A DNA stretch of 63,911 nucleotides, counting the filler, from Octopus bimaculoides (lineage: Eukaryota): the NCBI RefSeq assembly GCF_001194135.2. It is 8 parts of 7 records of this genome, joined end to end, with 100 filler letters (N's around TTAATTAATTAA, not from the genome) between each part and the next. Parts side by side here need not be neighbours in the genome. Positions count along the whole stretch, not along the records: positions 34,622 to 48,562 come from NC_068999.1; positions 48,663 to 51,084 come from NW_026387212.1; 6 more parts are not named here. The stretch is one strand, 5' to 3'. Positions 36,362-49,897 of this stretch are shown here, piece after piece; the first letter of the stretch is position 1; the number at the start of each line of letters is the position of its first letter. Below the pieces are notes generated by a model, which was given only the letters and a program-made list of their open reading frames with translations, did no database searches and had not been told where the DNA came from. The translations under genes and the position numbers were made by a program.

Positions 36362-36951
36362 GTTAGTATTGGTATAAGAAGCAAGTTTGTTCACATTCTT
36401 AATAATATTAGCTTCAGTAAAACGGTACTGAATGATATTTGTTCATTCTTGTAGTTTATTTAATCACAAAAACACTAGAATACAACAAAAAAAAAAATAT
36501 ATACGTATCTATACTTGAAGAACGGTTAAGGAAATTATAACTTCTGTATAATATCCAACATTTGCATGTGTATGTATGCAAGTGTGTGAGCTTGTGTCTG
36601 TGTGTGTGTGTGTGTGCGTAATATACCTAACTCACACTAGAACAAGGAAACTGATGGAGACCGTATTTACGCATTCTTGAAATTGATGGACATTAAACAT
36701 CCAAGAAGCTACCAGCATCATCATCATCGTTGTTTTTGCATCTACTTTCTCCATGTTGGGTTCAATAAAATTTCTCTGAGGTAGTGTGAAACTGTCCATT
36801 CTTGTTTTCATGAAAGCTACTTCAATCTCTGGTCTTCATGCGTTGTTTCACCGATTGTGGAACCTAAACAAATATCTCTGCCGCTTTGCCCATCTCCAAG
36901 CAGTGTCAGGTCAGTGCAAAGGCACATATAGACATACACACATATATGCAC

Positions 36952-37023
<72 letters not shown>

Positions 37024-37124
37024 AGAGAAAAAACATCGGTGGGAACTTGGTATTCCTTTACTACATTTGTTAAATAGCTTTCAGTATTTGGTAATTAATT
37101 AATTAATTAATTAGTTAGTCTGCC

Positions 37125-37280
37125 AGGCATATTTCATCTGTCTTTACATTCTAAGTTCAAATTCCGACTTTGCCTTTCATCATCCCGGGGTCGGTAAAAT
37201 AAGTACCAGCCAAGCACTGAGGTCAAGGTACTCAGCTAACCCCTCCTTTTGAAATTGCTGGCCTTGTGCCTAGTATAAAC
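37125..37280 (+). mobile_element. SINE family A fragment between ~22-bp direct repeats
   Basis: CAGT(A/G)TTTGGTAATTAATTAAT at 37082 and 37281. Confidence 0.6.
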
Positions 37281-37644
37281 CAGTGTTTGGTAATTAATTA
37301 ATGATGTCGCACCATGAATGCAATCCCTAGGTGCAACTTACAGGTGCAGCATGCATGATCAAAACCAGACACCTCCTCAGACGGAGACAGTGATGTCATT
37401 AATTAATTCCAGCTACTGAAATATATGTAACATATAGAAATAACGTAGTGCCGAGTTCAATCTCATGGTTTTCTTTTCTCTCATTATTGAATTGCTCTTT
37501 ATATTACATTATAGCCCCTTTTTTTAGATCACATACAACCCTTTAAGATCATGCAACAGTGGGAGTTTAATGTGATTACTCGTAGGAATCACAACCTAAA
37601 TGGTAAAATTGTCAAACACTGAGTGCCTTAATTCCCTCTTATAT

Positions 37645-37800
37645 ATATGATGGGCTTCCATACAGTTTCCATCTATCAAATTTCACTCAAAAGCATTGGT
37701 CAATCCAAGGTTACAATAGAAGACACTTGCCCAAGGTGCTACACAGTGGAGCTGAACCCAAAAGCACATGATTACAAAACCGACTTATTAACTACTCACC
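37645..37800 (-). mobile_element. SINE family B, 5' half
   Basis: TTTCACTCAAAAGCATTGG...GACACTTGCCCAAGGTGCTACACAGTGG. Confidence 0.7.
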
Positions 37801-38069
37801 CTTACTGGCTCCTATCTAACTGCTACATTTTTATTTTTGTGTATGTATTTTTTAATTAACGAAATTAAGAAATTTTGTTAATGTATTTTCTGATTAATTT
37901 GTTCTAATTTTTTTTTCCTCCCTTATAATTTTTTTATAATTACTATGACTCTGGGACATAATGAAGCTCACCACTTCAATCTATATATTATTTACTCTTC
38001 TGTATTTCTGACAGTAAGGAATTCTAAAATAATAAGGACCAATCGAACAGTTGTGTAATATTTGCTCTT

Positions 38070-38104
<35 letters not shown>

Positions 38105-38271
38105 CATTTTTTTAAAAATTACTCCTTGGACCTGTGACAAAATATGTCATCAGCTCTAACATTACTTAATTATAAATACAGCAACTGTATCATTTAAAAC
38201 TGGTTGCTCATACTTAATTGCATTCACTCTGTTGTGCTGTAATTTTCTTTTTTTTTTTTTTTTAATTAATC

Positions 38272-38307
<36 letters not shown>

Positions 38308-40959
38308 CTATATTGTTTGTCTAATGACTTAATGAATTCTGACATTAGCACAAGGTCGAACATTAAGAGGAAATAGTTGCTTGAGTTGAGGTCAGACATC
38401 CCATCCCTGGTGCTTTATCTGTCAACACTGGGTGTAGAGAGGAACGAGACTAAAATGCTACAAAGTGTTTAGTCTTACTTCTGAAATTTCTCTCAGCTCC
38501 ATCTTTCGTAAGGACATGGCTAAACCATTTTAAATGAAAAAATATATAATCAAGGAGCATCTTTTCATTTGTCTTTCTTGTATGTCTGTGTACATATGAG
38601 AAATTGATATGAAAAAAAAAAGGCTTATATTATCCTTTCCTGTTGAATAAGTACAGGGAGTCCTAGAATAAAGTGATCAAATTGTAGGAAACGTTTAGCT
38701 TCTTGCCAGCATAGGAAATGGATATTAAATGATGATGATGAATGTTATACATAATTTTAAGTATTTGATCAATTTTTTATTGTGTTTGAGCGAGAGAAAA
38801 GTTGCTTGTAAATGCTTTTAGAAACTCTTTACTTGTAGATAGAATTTATGTGTGATGCATCACAGTTAAATCAGAAATGGTTTTGGCTTTTGGTGCTGGC
38901 CTTGGTCAAGGATGTTTTTTTTGTTTGTTTTTGAAAAACTAGTTTAGGGAAGTAAATCTTGCACTATTACATAATAATCTACACCTTTATATTTATGAGT
39001 AAATATCTCTCAAATATATATCACATGCACTTTATACTCCTTGCGCACACACACACACACACATACACACACATGCTTGTTCACTTTAAAATTGTTATAT
39101 ATTTTCTTTATTTGCAATCTGAATAAAATTAGCTTTCAAACAGCCTCTAGTTTACATAATAGGAACATATTTGGCTTTGAATGTATTGTTGTTTTGTTAT
39201 CATGGCATGAGAAAATATTTTTTATGCAGTACAATGTCCATTTACTAAAAAAAACCCTGATATTTCTTAAATAAAACTAGCAAAAACCTAGATCTTTTAC
39301 ACTCAATGAATATCATTCTCTTTATTTTGAAGGTATGACACCACAATTAACTTTACCGTTAAGCATTTTTTTTAATATTCCCAAAAAATTCATTAATATA
39401 TTTTCCATATACTTACATTCTAATCCAATCTTAAATGGGTTTTGTCATGTCTACTTTGTTTTTATGATTATCTGCCATCTGTTCACAGCACGTCTTTATT
39501 TCATTTTCATCCAATATCTTTCCAATTTTACCATTGTTTTGAACACTTCTTTGCAGCCTTTCTCTATTATTTAAACTGGCCAACTATTACACCTGTTTTA
39601 TGGTCAAGCTGGCCAGATCTGGCATCACATACCTACCCTACAATGTCATTCTAAAAATATGCAATCACATCATTGAAATCTTAAAGGTATAGGACAATAC
39701 CTGAGTAATTCAAATTAATGTGAATCACATTTGAAAAAGTAATCTAAAAATGAAAGGGTCAAACTGGCCATACCTGGTCAAAAATAGTCTACTCATTTTA
39801 TGTTCAGACTGGCCAGATCTGACCTCTCCCACCTACCTCCTTGCATTATCCTACAAAATATAAACACATTGAAATCTTGAAGCTATGAGATAATGTATGA
39901 TAAAATATAAAACATCGTGAATAAATAAGCATTGAATGCTATAGGGATAAATTTTTATACTGACGTAAATGAATTCAGATCTCAGTACTTTCTTCTACAA
40001 ACTCCATCCACATTAAGCTATCAATAATTCTTTATACAGCTGTCTTCATCCATACGTATCACGTGCCCATCAGTGCAGTCTTCACTCTTGCTCATTACGT
40101 CTGATTCTTCTTGTTTTCAGTTTCCCTCTCAACACATTTCCACTTTGTCGTATATACACACACTGATTTTGCACCACACCCAGTGAATCATGCTTACTCT
40201 ATTTTCTAGTCTTCACAATTCCTCTACAGTACATTTGTGTGTGTAAGGCGGCGAGCTGACAGAATCATTAGCATGCCAAGCGAAATGCTTAGCAGTATTT
40301 CGTCTGCTGCTATGTTCTGAGTTCAAATTCTTGGTCTACTGCTAGGTCTCCTGCAGTTTGGCTTCTCTCAAAGAATCCATTTACTGGAACTTTGACCTTT
40401 CAGTGTGGAGAAGTAGCAGTTCAACCTGGAGGGGCTTCCTGATCTCTGAGTTACACATCCTGTTGAGTCATGTTACTCCAGGGATCCTTTTGAGGGACCC
40501 CATTTTCACAGTTGTACTCATTCAGTCCTTACTCAACATTTGGATTATGATTTCCATTAAAAAAAAATAAAAATTGAACTCAGCTAATCTACGCTGATAT
40601 AGTTGTTTTTCGCTAACTGAGATTTCAGTAAACTGAAGACGACTTACAACTGTTATCCCTTTAAAGCNNNNNNNNNNNNNNNNNNNNNNNNNNNNNNNNN
40701 NNNNNNNNNNNNNNNNNNNNNNNNNNNNNNNNNNNNNNNNNNNNNNNNNNNNNNNNNNNNNNNNNNNNNNNNNNNNNNNNNNNNNNNNNNNNNNNNNNNN
40801 NNNNNNNNNNNNNNNNNNNNNNNNNNNNNNNNNNNNNNNNNNNNNNNNNNNNNNNNNNNNNNNNNNNNNNNNNNNNNNNNNNNNNNNNNNNNNNNNNNNN
40901 NNNNNNNNNNNNNNNNNNNNNNNNNNNNNNNNNNNNNNNTATATATATATATATATGCA

Positions 40960-41352
40960 TGCGCAGGAGTGGCTGTGTGGCAAGAAGCTTGCTTCCCAAC
41001 CACATGGTTCTGGGTTCAGTCCCACTGCATGGCACCTTCGGCAAGTGTCTCCTACTATAGCCTCAGGCCAATCAATGCCTTGTGAGTGGATTTGGTAGAT
41101 GGAAACTGAAAGAAGCCCGTCATCTATATATATATGTGTGTGTATGTGTATATTTGTGTCTCTGTGTTTGTCCCCCCACCGTCACTTGACAACCGATGTT
41201 GGTGTGTTTACGTCACCGTAACTTAGCGGTTCATCAATAGAGACCGATAGAATAAGTGCTCGGCTTACAAAGAATAAGTCCTCAGGTCGAATTGTTCTAC
41301 TAAAGGCAGTGCTCCAGCATGGCCGCAGTCAAATGACTGAAAGAGGTAAAAG
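40960..41352 (+). mobile_element. SINE family B, full length
   Basis: Head, core and tail present. Confidence 0.85.
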
Positions 41353-41618
41353 AATATATATTTAATGGAATAATATGGTGGAATACATTAAGCTGTTAGA
41401 ACTCTCTGTGGTTGCCTTTAGACTCAAAATGTCCAACAGTTATTGTAATGTAAAGAATGTATTATGAGAAACGTAGAAACAAGAACGATGACCATCTGAC
41501 CTTGTGTAATGTGGTGGTTGTGTATGTCAGATGGGTTTCACTCAGCTTGAAGTATGTAAAAATTTGATGAAGTGTTGATGTCATTTTGAATAAATATATT
41601 TCTATCTTTCAATTCCAG

Positions 41619-41689
41619 GGACATTCAATTGGGAAGATTACATGAAAGAAACTGGTTCACAAGCAGCTCCTGCATCTTGTTTTAAACAA
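41619..41689 (+). CDS. Scm: Scm/SCMH1-like Polycomb MBT protein, exon E2 (TFNWEDYMKETGSQAAPASCFKQ)
   Basis: AG acceptor 41617-41618, GTAAG donor at 41690; MBT N-terminal arm motif F.W..Y..ETGS.AAP..CFKQ; not in the ORF track. Confidence 0.9.
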
Positions 41690-41772
41690 GTAAGATAATT
41701 TTACTAATGGTAATAATATTACTAACAATAACTAACGACAGTTATTACTAATTGATTTTAGTAATGATGCCA

Positions 41773-42235
41773 TGGTGGCAAGCAAGCAGATTCGTTACTG
41801 CACCAGGGAAAATGCTTTGCGGGATTTCTGTCAATTTTATGTTCTGAGTTCAAATGCCACCAAGAGTCAGTAAAATAAGTACCAGCTGGACACTGGGTTG
41901 ATGTAATCAACTTACCCCCCTCCCACCGAAATTGCTGGCCTTGTGCCAAAATTTCAAAACAATGTTACTAATGATATCATAAAAGATGATGTTATTAAAG
42001 TACCAGTTGAGTACTGAGATCGATGTAATTGATTTACTCCCTCCCCTTGAACTTACTGGCCTTGTGCCAAAATTTGAAATCAATACGGCTAACAATAATA
42101 TTGGGTTGTCCGACTTTGCCTTTCATCCTTTGTGTCGATAAATTAAGTACCAGTTGCATACTGGAGTCAATCTAATTGACTGACCCTCCTCCCCCTCCCT
42201 CAAAATTTGGGCCTTATGCCTAGAGCAGAAAAGAA
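41773..42235 (+). mobile_element. Cluster of partial SINE family A copies in the intron
   Basis: Three repeats of AAGTACCAG...GATGTAAT...GGCCTTGTGCC. Confidence 0.7.
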
Positions 42236-42337
42236 TATTCTTTAAGTTCTCTTCATTTTCTTTTTGCAATCAAAATTTTTCTTCATTTGGTTTTCTGGTT
42301 TTGGCAGAAAATTCTAATTCATTTAAATACAATTTGA

Positions 42338-42670
<333 letters not shown>

Positions 42671-42764
42671 TAGGGTTTTGTAGCGTTAGGACATAACTTT
42701 TGACTGTATAATTAAATTTCATTGCCATTCCTGTAACGATGTTAATTATTCACCAAAATAAAGT

Positions 42765-42880
42765 GAAGGCATGTGGCTTAGTGGTTAGGGTATTCAGCTT
42801 ACGTTTGTAAGGTCGCAAGTTCGATTCCCAGTGGTGGGTTGTGTCCTTGAGCAAGACACTTTATTTCATGTTGCTCCAGT
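42765..42880 (+). mobile_element. Other tRNA-headed SINE fragment
   Basis: GGCATGTGGCTTAGTGGTTAGGG...GTTCGATTCCC...TGTGTCCTTGAGCAAGACAC. Confidence 0.6.
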
Positions 42881-43104
42881 AATGAATTGCACCTGTAATT
42901 GAAATAAAAACCAGCATTATTAAGTTTCTTACTGCTTCACTTAGGTGTTACTGTTTTGGTTTAAACTCAACAGTAGACTTTGATCAATGTCTTCTTGGTT
43001 TGTTTATTAGTGGCCTTAAGCTAGCGATATCATTATCACATGATTATTGTGTGTGTTATATCCAAAAATATAATCTAATCTATTACATTATATGCAATGT
43101 TCTT

Positions 43105-43365
43105 AAGGCGGTAAGCTGCCAGAAACGTTAGCATGCCGGGCAAAATGCTAAGCGGTATTTTGTCTGTCTTTATGTTCTGAGTTCAAACTCCGCCATGTTC
43201 GACTTTGTCTTTCATCTTTTTGGGGTCGATAAATTAAGTACCAGTCGCGTACTGAAATGAATCTAATTGACTGACCCCTACCCCAAAATTTTGGGAATTG
43301 ATAAATTAAGTACCAGTTGCATACTGGTGATCGATCTTGGGCCTTGTGTCTAGAGTAGAAAAGAT
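43105..43365 (+). mobile_element. SINE family A with internal duplication
   Basis: GGCGGTAAGCTGCCAGAAACGTTAGC head; GATAAATTAAGTACCAG occurs twice. Confidence 0.75.
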
Positions 43366-43748
43366 TGTATGCAATGTTCTTGATCAGCACTTGTCATTAT
43401 TTAATGAAAAGGTTGTTAATAGCATTGTGTATGTCTGAAAAGAAAGACAATATCATTGTTATTTCAAAAATTTATTTCCTACGGTTGTTTCAATTATCCA
43501 CACATCATTACAATTATATAATTATACAAGATATAATAATCCTATTTTTGAAGATATTTTAAAAAAATATATACTTTTTGTATTTTGTGGAATCAGTTGA
43601 GCATCAGATGAATGTCCTTATGTTTTGTCTTCAATCCCAACAGAGCACAAATTTACTTATGTCTCTCCAGAATCATTAATATATACTAGTCCAGTACTTG
43701 GGTCAATTTAACTTTTTTACATCCTTCAGAGTTTCTGGCTTTTTACAT

Positions 43749-44160
43749 ATCATCATCATCATCATCATCGTTTAACGTCCGCCTTCCATGCTAGCATGGG
43801 TTGGATGATTTGACTGAGGACTGGTGAAACCGGATGGCAACACCAGGCTCCAATCTAATTTGGCAGAGTTTCTACAGCTGGATGCCCTTCCTAACGCCAA
43901 CCACTCAGAGAGTGTAGTGGGTGCTTTTACGTGTCACCCGCACGAAAACGGCCACGCTCGAAATGGTGTCTTTTATGTGCCACCCGCACAAGAGCCAGTC
44001 CAGGGGCACTGGCAACGATCTCGCTCGAAAACCCTACAAGGCCAGTCAGGCAGTACTGGCAACGGTCATGCTCAGGATGGTACATCTTATGTGCCACCCG
44101 CACAAGAGCCAGTCCAGGGGCCCTGGCAACGATCTCACTTGGCTTGCCGGGTCTTCTCAG
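43749..44160 (-). mobile_element. SINE-like element (family D) with RTE-type 3' tail, (GAT)n end and ~70-bp internal subrepeats
   Basis: GGATGCCCTTCCTAACGCCAACC segment; about 90% similar by eye to the reverse complement of 46730-46912. Confidence 0.8.
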
Positions 44161-44480
44161 GAAATAATTTTTATTTACTAGAATCCTATATTTGATTAGA
44201 TATTTCAGTTCAATACCCAGTTGTTTCCAATAAAATGGATTTTTCTACACATTTGTTGTGTAAAAATCCTTTAAGTACTCAACTGAGATTTTATATTTTG
44301 ACAAAATTTTAATCAAGATTCTTATACACAAAATACACATTTGTGATTTTTTTTTCTTTTTAAACGCTTATTAACTGAAATGTTTCTTTGTATCTACTTT
44401 TTTGTTAACTGTAAGGTGGGTGCGCAGGTGGATTAAACCCTAATATCTATGTCATTAATGTTTTTTTTGTCTGAAAACAG

Positions 44481-44569
44481 GTTTTCGGATGAATGCATCA
44501 TCATGGCCAATATTTTTACAGAAGACTTTAAATGGGGCTGAAATTGCCCCGGAAAAATGTTTCAAATCA
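44481..44569 (+). CDS. Scm: Scm/SCMH1-like exon E4 (G-FRMNASSWPIFLQKTLNGAEIAPEKCFKS)
   Basis: ACAG acceptor, GTAGGT donor, phase 1 to 0; matches the inter-MBT segment of Scm-family proteins. Confidence 0.95.
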
Positions 44570-44754
44570 GTAGGTGTAAAATTTTTTTTATCATCATCAT
44601 CATCATTATCATCACTGTCATCACCATTATCGTTATCATCACCATCACACTATAATTGTCACCACTATCACCTTCCTCATATTTTGGAGGATTTTTCCCC
44701 ACCAAATTAGTGTTTAGTTCTGGTAAGTGTGATGGGATCAGTGGTTAATCTACT

Positions 44755-44930
44755 GATTGACTTTGCCTTTCATCCTTTCGGGGTCGATAAATTAAGTACC
44801 AGTTGCATACTGGGGTCGATCTAATCAACTTAACTCCNNNNNNNNNNCATACTGGGGTCGATCTAATCAACTTAACTCCCCCCCCCCCCAAAAAAAAATT
44901 TGGGGCCTTGTACCTAGAGTAGAAAAGAAT
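44755..44930 (+). mobile_element. SINE family A, 3' part, spanning a 10-N gap with a duplicated overlap
   Basis: CATACTGGGGTCGATCTAATCAACTTAACTCC on both sides of the gap. Confidence 0.75.
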
Positions 44931-45799
44931 ATTTGTTGTTTGGAATTTAGGAAGATTTTCTTCTAGTCACCCTTAACATATGAGACTGCAATAATTAACC
45001 TGTCATGAGACACATGATATCACATAAATTGTATTAACCTTGGTTACATTCATTTTGGAGTAAGTGAAGAACTCTAATGTAAGGGAGGTAACTCTAATCC
45101 CTTCTTCATTACAGGACTGGCCTTTTTGACTGGAATAGTTTTCAGTACCACTATGTCTTACTGCACTTTTAGTACCATCACCTCTGGATACCCTTCCGAG
45201 TACCATCACTTCTGGGTACCCTTTTAATATCATTAATTTTACTATCATTATTGTTTTTATAATTGGTTTTTCATGTCCTCAATTAAATGGGCTTGAAATA
45301 TTGCTTCTTCCATGATTTTTTGAATTTCTAATTATTTCCAATACTGTTGAATTTCCTTAGTCCTTGGCTTCCTCCTGAAATTAACCATCATTGATTAAAA
45401 ATTCTAAATAGATACCATATTAGATGGCATGGCCATATTAGACACACTCCATTTTCAGCAGTGCATATTCAGGTAAAAATGTTTTTCGTGTATCGAAGAA
45501 GCAAGGCCCAACTTCATATATAGGACACAGGGTCATTTTTTGAGATATCTGTTTTGGACAAAAAGTGTGTCTTATTTGCCATCAAATTTGATTGGTCCCT
45601 CCCTTGCTTCAACTCTGCAACCCTTGTCATACTGACATGACCTCGCTAGTCTTATTCTTTTCTGTCATCACTATCACAGGAAGTGCTTTGAAGAACATTC
45701 TCTTAGTTCCGAATCACTTTGTGCCAATTCACCTGACTTGAAACTCAGTGTCTTCATCCAAATGCTGTTGTGCTTATACAAATAACTCTCTTTACTCTT

Positions 45800-46057
45800 T
45801 TACTTGTTTCAGTCATTTGACTGCGGCCATGCTAGAACACCGCCTTTTAGTCGAGCAAATCGACCCCAGGACTTATTCTTTGTAAGCCTAGTTCTTATTC
45901 TATCGGTCTCGTTTGCTAAACCGCTCAGTTACGGGGACGTAAACACACCAGCATCGGTTGTCAAGCAATGGTGGGGGGAACAAATACAGACACACAAACA
46001 TATACACACACATACATGTGGTTGGTAAGCAAGCTACTTACCACACAGCCACTCCTC
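45800..46057 (-). mobile_element. SINE family B, internally deleted
   Basis: Tail at 45803 and head remnant GTTGGTAAGCAAGCTACTTACCACACAGCCACTCC at about 46021-46055. Confidence 0.8.
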
Positions 46058-46127
46058 ACAATTAATTAAAATAAAGATGTATTTCAACAGAAATATGGTA
46101 ACATAAGTGTTAAAGTTACTGATATAA

Positions 46128-46520
46128 GCATAGGTGTGGCTTTGTGGTAAGAAGTTTGCTTGCCAACTACATGGTTCTTGGTTCAGAACTGTGTAGCACC
46201 TCGGGCAGGTGTCTTCTACTATAACCTCAGGCTGACCAAAGCCTTGTGAGTGGATTTAGCAGACGGAAACTGAAATATATTTATATATGTATGTAGGTGT
46301 ATGTGGATGTAAGTATCTTTGTGTTTATCCCCAAACACTGCTTGACAACCGGTGTTGGTGTGTTTATGTTCCTGTAACTTAGCAGTTTGACAAAAGAGAC
46401 TGATAGAATAAGTACCAACCCTTATTAAAAAAAAATAAGTACTGGGGTTGATTTGTCTGACTAAAATTCTTCAAGGCAGTGCCCTAGCATGGCTGCAGTC
46501 TAATGATGGAAAGAAGTAAA
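46128..46520 (+). mobile_element. SINE family B, full length
   Basis: Head, core and tail present. Confidence 0.8.
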
Positions 46521-46524
46521 AAAT

Positions 46525-46922
46525 AAAATGTGATGGCACATGTACCAGTGGAGCACCGTCCAAGCGTGGTCGTTACCAGAGCAGCTGTCTGGCTTCTGTG
46601 CCGGTGGCACGTAAATAGCACCATTTGAGCGTGATTGTTCCCATCGTTGCCAGTGCCGCTGGACTGGCACTTGTGCAGGTGGCACGTAAAATACACCATT
46701 TCGAGCGTGGCCGTTGCAAGTACTGCCTGACTGGTCTTCGTGCCGGTGGCACATAAAAGCACCCACTACATTCTCGGAGTGGTTGGCGTTAGGAAGGGCA
46801 TCCAGCTGTAGAAACTCTGCCAAATCAGATTGGAACCTGGTGCAGCCATCTGGTTCACCAGTCCTCAGTCAAATCGTCCAACCCATGCTAGCATGGAAAG
46901 CAGACGTTAAACAATGATGATA

Positions 46923-46950
<28 letters not shown>
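46525..46950 (+). mobile_element. SINE-like family D copy
   Basis: Subrepeats TGCCGGTGGCACGTAAA; tail GGTTGGCGTTAGGAAGGGCATCC...GTTAAACAATGATGAT. Confidence 0.8.
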
Positions 46951-46953
<3 letters not shown>

Positions 46954-47087
46954 GCTCCGTAAAATTTGTTCCATTAAAAACCAGAATTGATATTTTTCTG
47001 TTATGATTGAACACTCTTTCTGCTTCTGTGTCTCTTAATGGTTTATAAATATAAAGTTAAAATTAAAATTTTTGATTAAATTTTTAG

Positions 47088-47462
<375 letters not shown>

Positions 47463-48199
47463 TAATCTAATTTGTAATTACCATTCTACACTCATCGATT
47501 AGTAAGCTGAATATTAATTTCTAACAAACACAAATTAAATTGTCATTAAATTCCAGTATAGTTAAACAAATATTTAGTGAAAAAATAGTGGATTTTAAAA
47601 TATATAAAAAAGACAATTTTTCAAATGAACACCTTGGTGAACATATTTTGATAATAGTGGGATTAACAGATTCTGAGTAATAAATTACTTTTGGTTAACG
47701 AATTACTTGACTGACCAACTACTATAGTTTTATAGTATTAAAGTATTTGACTCTTAGTAATCTGAAAATAAATATATGATATTCATTTTACCAAGATTAA
47801 GTTTATGCTTTTAACCCAGAATAATTGTTTCCATCTATTTTTATTTTCGCTGGAGAAAGAATATTGGAGGAGAAATATTTCCAATCACAGCTTCAGTTAT
47901 TTCATCTTGTTATTTCTAATTATTATAGGGTCCCGTCCCTCCCTTCTGCTTAACATTTAATATGTTAACAGTGTCTGCCCTTCTTTCTTTCACCCTTTAG
48001 TATTTAAACCAGCCATATTCAGCCCTGATATTCTACCTGTTTTATGCTCAAAACAGCCAGATCCAGACTCACACACCTACTCTACAGTGTTAGATAATAA
48101 AAAAAAAAAGTTACTGTCACATCATTGAACTCTCAAATCTACGAGATAATATACAGTTGAGTCAAAACAATGTGAATAAATAAGAATTGCATTTGACAG

Positions 48200-48312
48200 A
48201 ATGGTTCAGTCCCACTGCGTGGCATCTTGGGCAAGTGTCTTCTACTATAGCCTCGGGCCGACCAAAGCCTTGTGAGTGGATTTGGTAGACGGAAACCGAG
48301 AGAAGCCCGTCG

Positions 48313-48355
<43 letters not shown>

Positions 48356-48562
48356 ATATATTTGTGTGTCTGTGTTTGTCCCCCCAACATTGCTTGACAA
48401 CCGATCTTGGTGTGTTTACGTCCTTACGTAACTGAGCAGTTCAGCAAAAGAGACCGATAGCATAAGTACTAGGCTTACAAAGAATAAGTCCTGGGGTCGA
48501 TTTGCTTGACTAAAGGCGGTGCTCCAGCATGGCCGCAGTCAAATGACTGAAACAAGTAAAAG
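48200..48562 (+). mobile_element. SINE family B, 5'-truncated, well conserved
   Basis: Core and tail close to the family consensus seen in this window. Confidence 0.85.
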
Positions 48563-48662
48563 NNNNNNNNNNNNNNNNNNNNNNNNNNNNNNNNNNNNNN
48601 NNNNNNTTAATTAATTAANNNNNNNNNNNNNNNNNNNNNNNNNNNNNNNNNNNNNNNNNNNN
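48563..48662. other. Artificial scaffold-join spacer 3
   Basis: 44 N + TTAATTAATTAA (48607-48618) + 44 N. Confidence 0.95.
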
Positions 48663-49100
48663 TATATATATATACACATGCATAATTATATATGTAGGCA
48701 TGTGTGTGCGCGCATGTGAGTTGAAATTGGTGTATATTTACAAAAAGTCAGAAATGATCCACAAATGATTTCATTGTCGAGAATTTCTATGATGGACCTC
48801 ATCCTTGTTAAAATTTTCATAAATGTCATATGTGAAAGTCTCATTTCTTCAGTAACTCTCAGCTATTTAAATGTATATGTGTTCGTGTATGATTTCTATT
48901 TCTCCAGTTTTTCCGCAACCATATGCATAAACGTGTGAGTGTACATGTATGTGTGTGTGTGTGTGTATATCCATATAGTTATATATGTAAGTATGTCTAC
49001 GTATAAAAATTATATATATATGGGCGTGTGCGTATATATGTGCGTATATATGTATGTAGGAGCTCCAAGACATATATATATATATATGCACGCAGACACG

Positions 49101-49149
<49 letters not shown>

Positions 49150-49847
49150 NNNNNNNNNNNNNNNNNNNNNNNNNNNNNNNNNNNNNNNNNNNNNNNNNNN
49201 NNNNNNNNNNNNNNNNNNNNNNNNNNNNNNNNNNNNNNNNNNNNNNNNNNNNNNNNNNNNNNNNNNNNNNNNNNNNNNNNNNNNNNNNNNNNNNNNNNNN
49301 NNNNNNNNNNNNNNNNNNNNNNNNNNNNNNNNNNNNNNNNNNNNNNNNNNNNNNNNNNNNNNNNNNNNNNNNNNNNNNNNNNNNNNNNNNNNNNNNNNNN
49401 NNNNNNNNNNNNNNNNNNNNNNNNNNNNNNNNNNNNNNNNNNNNNNNNNNNNNNNNNNNNNNNNNNNNNNNNNNNNNNNNNNNNNNNNNNNNNNNNNNNN
49501 NNNNNNNNNNNNNNNNNNNNNNNNNNNNNNNNNNNNNNNNNNNNNNNNNNNNNNNNNNNNNNNNNNNNNNNNNNNNNNNNNNNNNNNNNNNNNNNNNNNN
49601 NNNNNNNNNNNNNNNNNNNNNNNNNNNNNNNNNNNNNNNNNNNNNNNNNNNNNNNNNNNNNNNNNNNNNNNNNNNNNNNNNNNNNNNNNNNNNNNNNNNN
49701 NNNNNNNNNNNNNNNNNNNNNNNNNNNNNNNNNNNNNNNNNNNNNNNNNNNNNNNNNNNNNNNNNNNNNNNNNNNNNNNNNNNNNNNNNNNNNNNNNNNN
49801 NNNNNNNNNNNNNNNNNNNNNNNNNNNNNNNNNNNNNNNNNNNNNNN

Positions 49848-49897
<50 letters not shown>

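Noticed and set aside
37091-37112. TAATTAATTAA run resembling the spacer
   Set aside because: It is a natural (TAAT)n repeat not flanked by Ns.
43920-44140. ~70-bp periodic repeats (also 46545-46770) resembling a CRISPR array
   Set aside because: They are degenerate internal subrepeats of a eukaryotic SINE, with no unique spacers and no cas genes.
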